Shown here in pieces: positions 7,875-10,140 of a DNA stretch of 10,140 nucleotides (the first letter of the stretch is position 1; the number at the start of each line of letters is the position of its first letter). Source of the stretch: Endomicrobiia bacterium (lineage in GTDB: Bacteria > Elusimicrobiota > Endomicrobiia > DTEH01); contig JBCNUU010000016.1 in the NCBI GenBank assembly GCA_039630545.1, positions 1 through 10,140 of the forward strand, written 5' to 3'. The notes beneath the pieces were generated by a model. It was given only the letters and a program-made list of their open reading frames with translations. It did no database searches and was not told where the DNA came from. The position numbers and the translations under genes are program-made.

Positions 7875-10140
7875 TTATACTTTCCCAAACATAAGTTTTT
7901 TAAATTCTACTTCTATATAGTTAATCTCATAGTTTTTTGGTGTCAAGATATTAGGACCATTTATATATACAACCTGTGGTTGCCAATCTTTAAGTTCCTG
8001 GTTAATAAAATCTCTGTCTTCCTTAAACTCTTCCTCATCCCAACTGTCATCATATGCACGCCAAACAACTGAAATAATTTTGTTGTCTTTTTCTGCTAAA
8101 ATAAAACAATACTTTATGTTTTTGCCTTTTATCTTGTAGCTTCTTACTTTTATCTTCTTTACTTTTAAACCTAAAAGATAATTAAAAGTTTCCACAAGGT
8201 CTATAACAACTTCCTCAGGTTCTCCTACTTCTGATAAATTAACTTTCAACTTATACATAAACGGATCTTTAATTTTTTCAATATTCAAAAAACAAGGAGA
8301 TTCGTTAGTTTCATAATCCAGAAAATATTTTATTAAATAATCATCCTTAAACAACTCCTCCGCTTCTTTGTTTTCTTTTAACTCAATGTTATCAAGCGTA
8401 TCTTCGTATTGCTCGAGATAATGGTATTTTAAAAAAACACCAATACCATCCGAATCTTGTGGTTTACCATCCTTCCAATTAAAAGAGTAAGCAACTTTCT
8501 TAATTCTTGGTATAATCACAGTATCAAAATACTCAGCCATTTCTACAAGAATAAATTTTCTTTTACCTTCATCTTCTTTGTTTAGTTTCATAACTGCATG
8601 AGCTGTTGTGCCGGAGCCTGCAAAGAAGTCAAGTATTATTGAATTCTTTAAAGAAGCTACATAGATAAATAGTTTCACCAAATTAGTTGGTTTTGCAGTG
8701 TCAAAACGGATATTTAATAATTCTTTTAACTCTTTTGTTGCTTGAGCAGTCCCTCCAATTTCCCAAGGCATCTCATTATCATCTATAATACTTTTAAGAG
8801 GATCTCCAATAATCATACCAGATTGGTCATACAAGTATTTTTTTACCTTAATTTTGTAATCTCCCCTTTCTTTAATTACACCAATCACACCTCTTTTGTA
8901 AACTTCTTTCATACTATCCTTTGTCATGGTAAAAACAGATGTTCCGTCTTTTGAAGGATAAATTATAACTTCTTCTTTCGGATTTATTTCTTTTTCTTTC
9001 TTTTCAAAATCCAATTCGTTTGTAACAAAATTATATACAACGCCATAAAATAAATTCGGCCTTTGTTCTTTAGTATACTGATGAATTACTAAATCATGCC
9101 ATTTAAAAATACCTTTTTCATCCCTATTTATATATTCCCTTAATTTTTTAGGGCTCAATATATTCATAAATATAAATGAATTACTCCGTCCATAACATAA
9201 AATATATTCGTGAGTTTCTGTAATACCAGTTATTACATAGCTTCCACTTGCGCTTCTTCTTTTCCATATCAAATCAGCAAATCTTTTTTCAAAAATATTA
9301 TCTATAAGTAATCCAAGTTTATAAGATTCTTTATAAACATTTGCATTGTTAGCTATACTCACAAAAATCACTCCATCATCTTTCATCAATTCTCTTGCCA
9401 ATCTTAACCTATTCTCCATCATTGAGAGCCAGCTTGAATGTTGATATCTGTCTCTATATAAAAATTCGTCACTTCCTGTATTGTAGGGAGGATCTATATA
9501 AATAGTTTGTATTTTTTCTTTGTATTTTTCTAAAAGCAAATTTAATGCTTGCCAGTTTTCGGATTTTATTAAAACACCGTCTAAAAGGTCATCTAAATCT
9601 GTTTGTTCTGTGAGTTTTTCAAGAAGTTTTTCTTTGAATTCTAATGAAAAGTGTTTTGTATCAATTGGTAATTTTCTACTTTTTAGTTCTTCTTTCCTTT
9701 GTGGCAGTTCAAAACCTAATTCTTGCCATTCTTTTTTCTGTTCTTTGTTTCTTAGTATCTCATCGTAAAATTCTTCTGGAATTCTATCTGTGGTAATAAC
9801 ATACTCGGTTTTTAACACAAACTTTTTTTTCTCCCAAAGTTTTTTTTGAAAATCTTCAAGCTGTGCAAGAAAGCATATTATTGTATCTGCTATCTCTTTT
9901 ACAACTTTTGCGCGGGTTATGTGTTTGTATAAAAATTTTTCTTCTTCTAATGTCTCTAATGATAAGACCTCTTGTTTTATAAAGTATTCAAGTTGTTCTG
10001 TCAAAAATTTCTTTAAGTCTTTATGTATAAAGTAATCTTTAGTATTTTTTGCAGTAAAACGATTAAGATGATAAAGCAAAATTGTTTTTTCTTCGTCTTT
10101 GTTTTCATTTAGTTTTCCTGATAAAAGAATTGCTTCTTTA
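7875..10140 (-). CDS. mod: Type III R-M Mod subunit, beta-class amino-methyltransferase (probably N6-adenine); 5'-truncated by the window
   Basis: YIDPPYNTG (motif IV, DPPY at 9483-9494) precedes LDFFAGSGTT (motif I, ~8604-8633), with a TRD-sized segment between them. The frame upstream of the TTG at 10079 is open to the edge (KEAILLSGKLNENKDEEKTI-LLYHLNRF), so the true start is outside the window. Adjacent to res. Confidence 0.92.
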   Translation of the reverse strand, partial: KEAILLSGKLNENKDEEKTILLYHLNRFTAKNTKDYFIHKDLKKFLTEQLEYFIKQEVLSLETLEEEKFLYKHITRAKVVKEIADTIICFLAQLEDFQKKLWEKKKFVLKTEYVITTDRIPEEFYDEILRNKEQKKEWQELGFELPQRKEELKSRKLPIDTKHFSLEFKEKLLEKLTEQTDLDDLLDGVLIKSENWQALNLLLEKYKEKIQTIYIDPPYNTGSDEFLYRDRYQHSSWLSMMENRLRLARELMKDDGVIFVSIANNANVYKESYKLGLLIDNIFEKRFADLIWKRRSASGSYVITGITETHEYILCYGRSNSFIFMNILSPKKLREYINRDEKGIFKWHDLVIHQYTKEQRPNLFYGVVYNFVTNELDFEKKEKEINPKEEVIIYPSKDGTSVFTMTKDSMKEVYKRGVIGVIKERGDYKIKVKKYLYDQSGMIIGDPLKSIIDDNEMPWEIGGTAQATKELKELLNIRFDTAKPTNLVKLFIYVASLKNSIILDFFAGSGTTAHAVMKLNKEDEGKRKFILVEMAEYFDTVIIPRIKKVAYSFNWKDGKPQDSDGIGVFLKYHYLEQYEDTLDNIELKENKEAEELFKDDYLIKYFLDYETNESPCFLNIEKIKDPFMYKLKVNLSEVGEPEEVVIDLVETFNYLLGLKVKKIKVRSYKIKGKNIKYCFILAEKDNKIISVVWRAYDDSWDEEEFKEDRDFINQELKDWQPQVVYINGPNILTPKNYEINYIEVEFKKLMFGKV

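Noticed and set aside
7127..9768. Plus-strand ORFs 7127-7321, 8742-8954 and 9520-9768
   Set aside because: Antisense to res or mod; mostly Ser/Phe-rich as expected from the reverse of Lys/Glu codons, and without motifs.
9823..9847. Two A8 tracts on the mod coding strand as phase-variation sites
   Set aside because: Runs of 7-8 A/T are common throughout this AT-rich window and the frame is intact.
1..10140. CRISPR array, tRNA/rRNA, integrase or intact IS element
   Set aside because: No regularly spaced repeats, structured GC-rich RNA-like segments or recombinase motifs were seen.

Overview
AT-rich bacterial defence-island-like locus with every credible gene on the minus strand. In transcription order (high to low coordinates): a long-form Type III restriction-modification methyltransferase (mod; its frame stays open to the window edge, so it is 5'-truncated) closely followed by its helicase-nuclease partner (res); an intact ~484 aa AAA_14/DUF4143-type ATPase with its own near-consensus sigma70 promoter and an atypical nuclease motif; a second, divergent AAA_14/DUF4143 gene that is a pseudogene (out-of-frame internal deletion plus a probable nonsense codon); a single-chain GmrSD-like (DUF262 + HNH-like) Type IV restriction nuclease; and, 30 bp after its stop, the first 25 codons of a class II (Ntn) glutamine amidotransferase-like gene (MCRLFG...) that the ORF track missed. 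No CRISPR array, RNA gene or intact mobile element was seen. Family calls come from motif recognition by eye, not from database searches.
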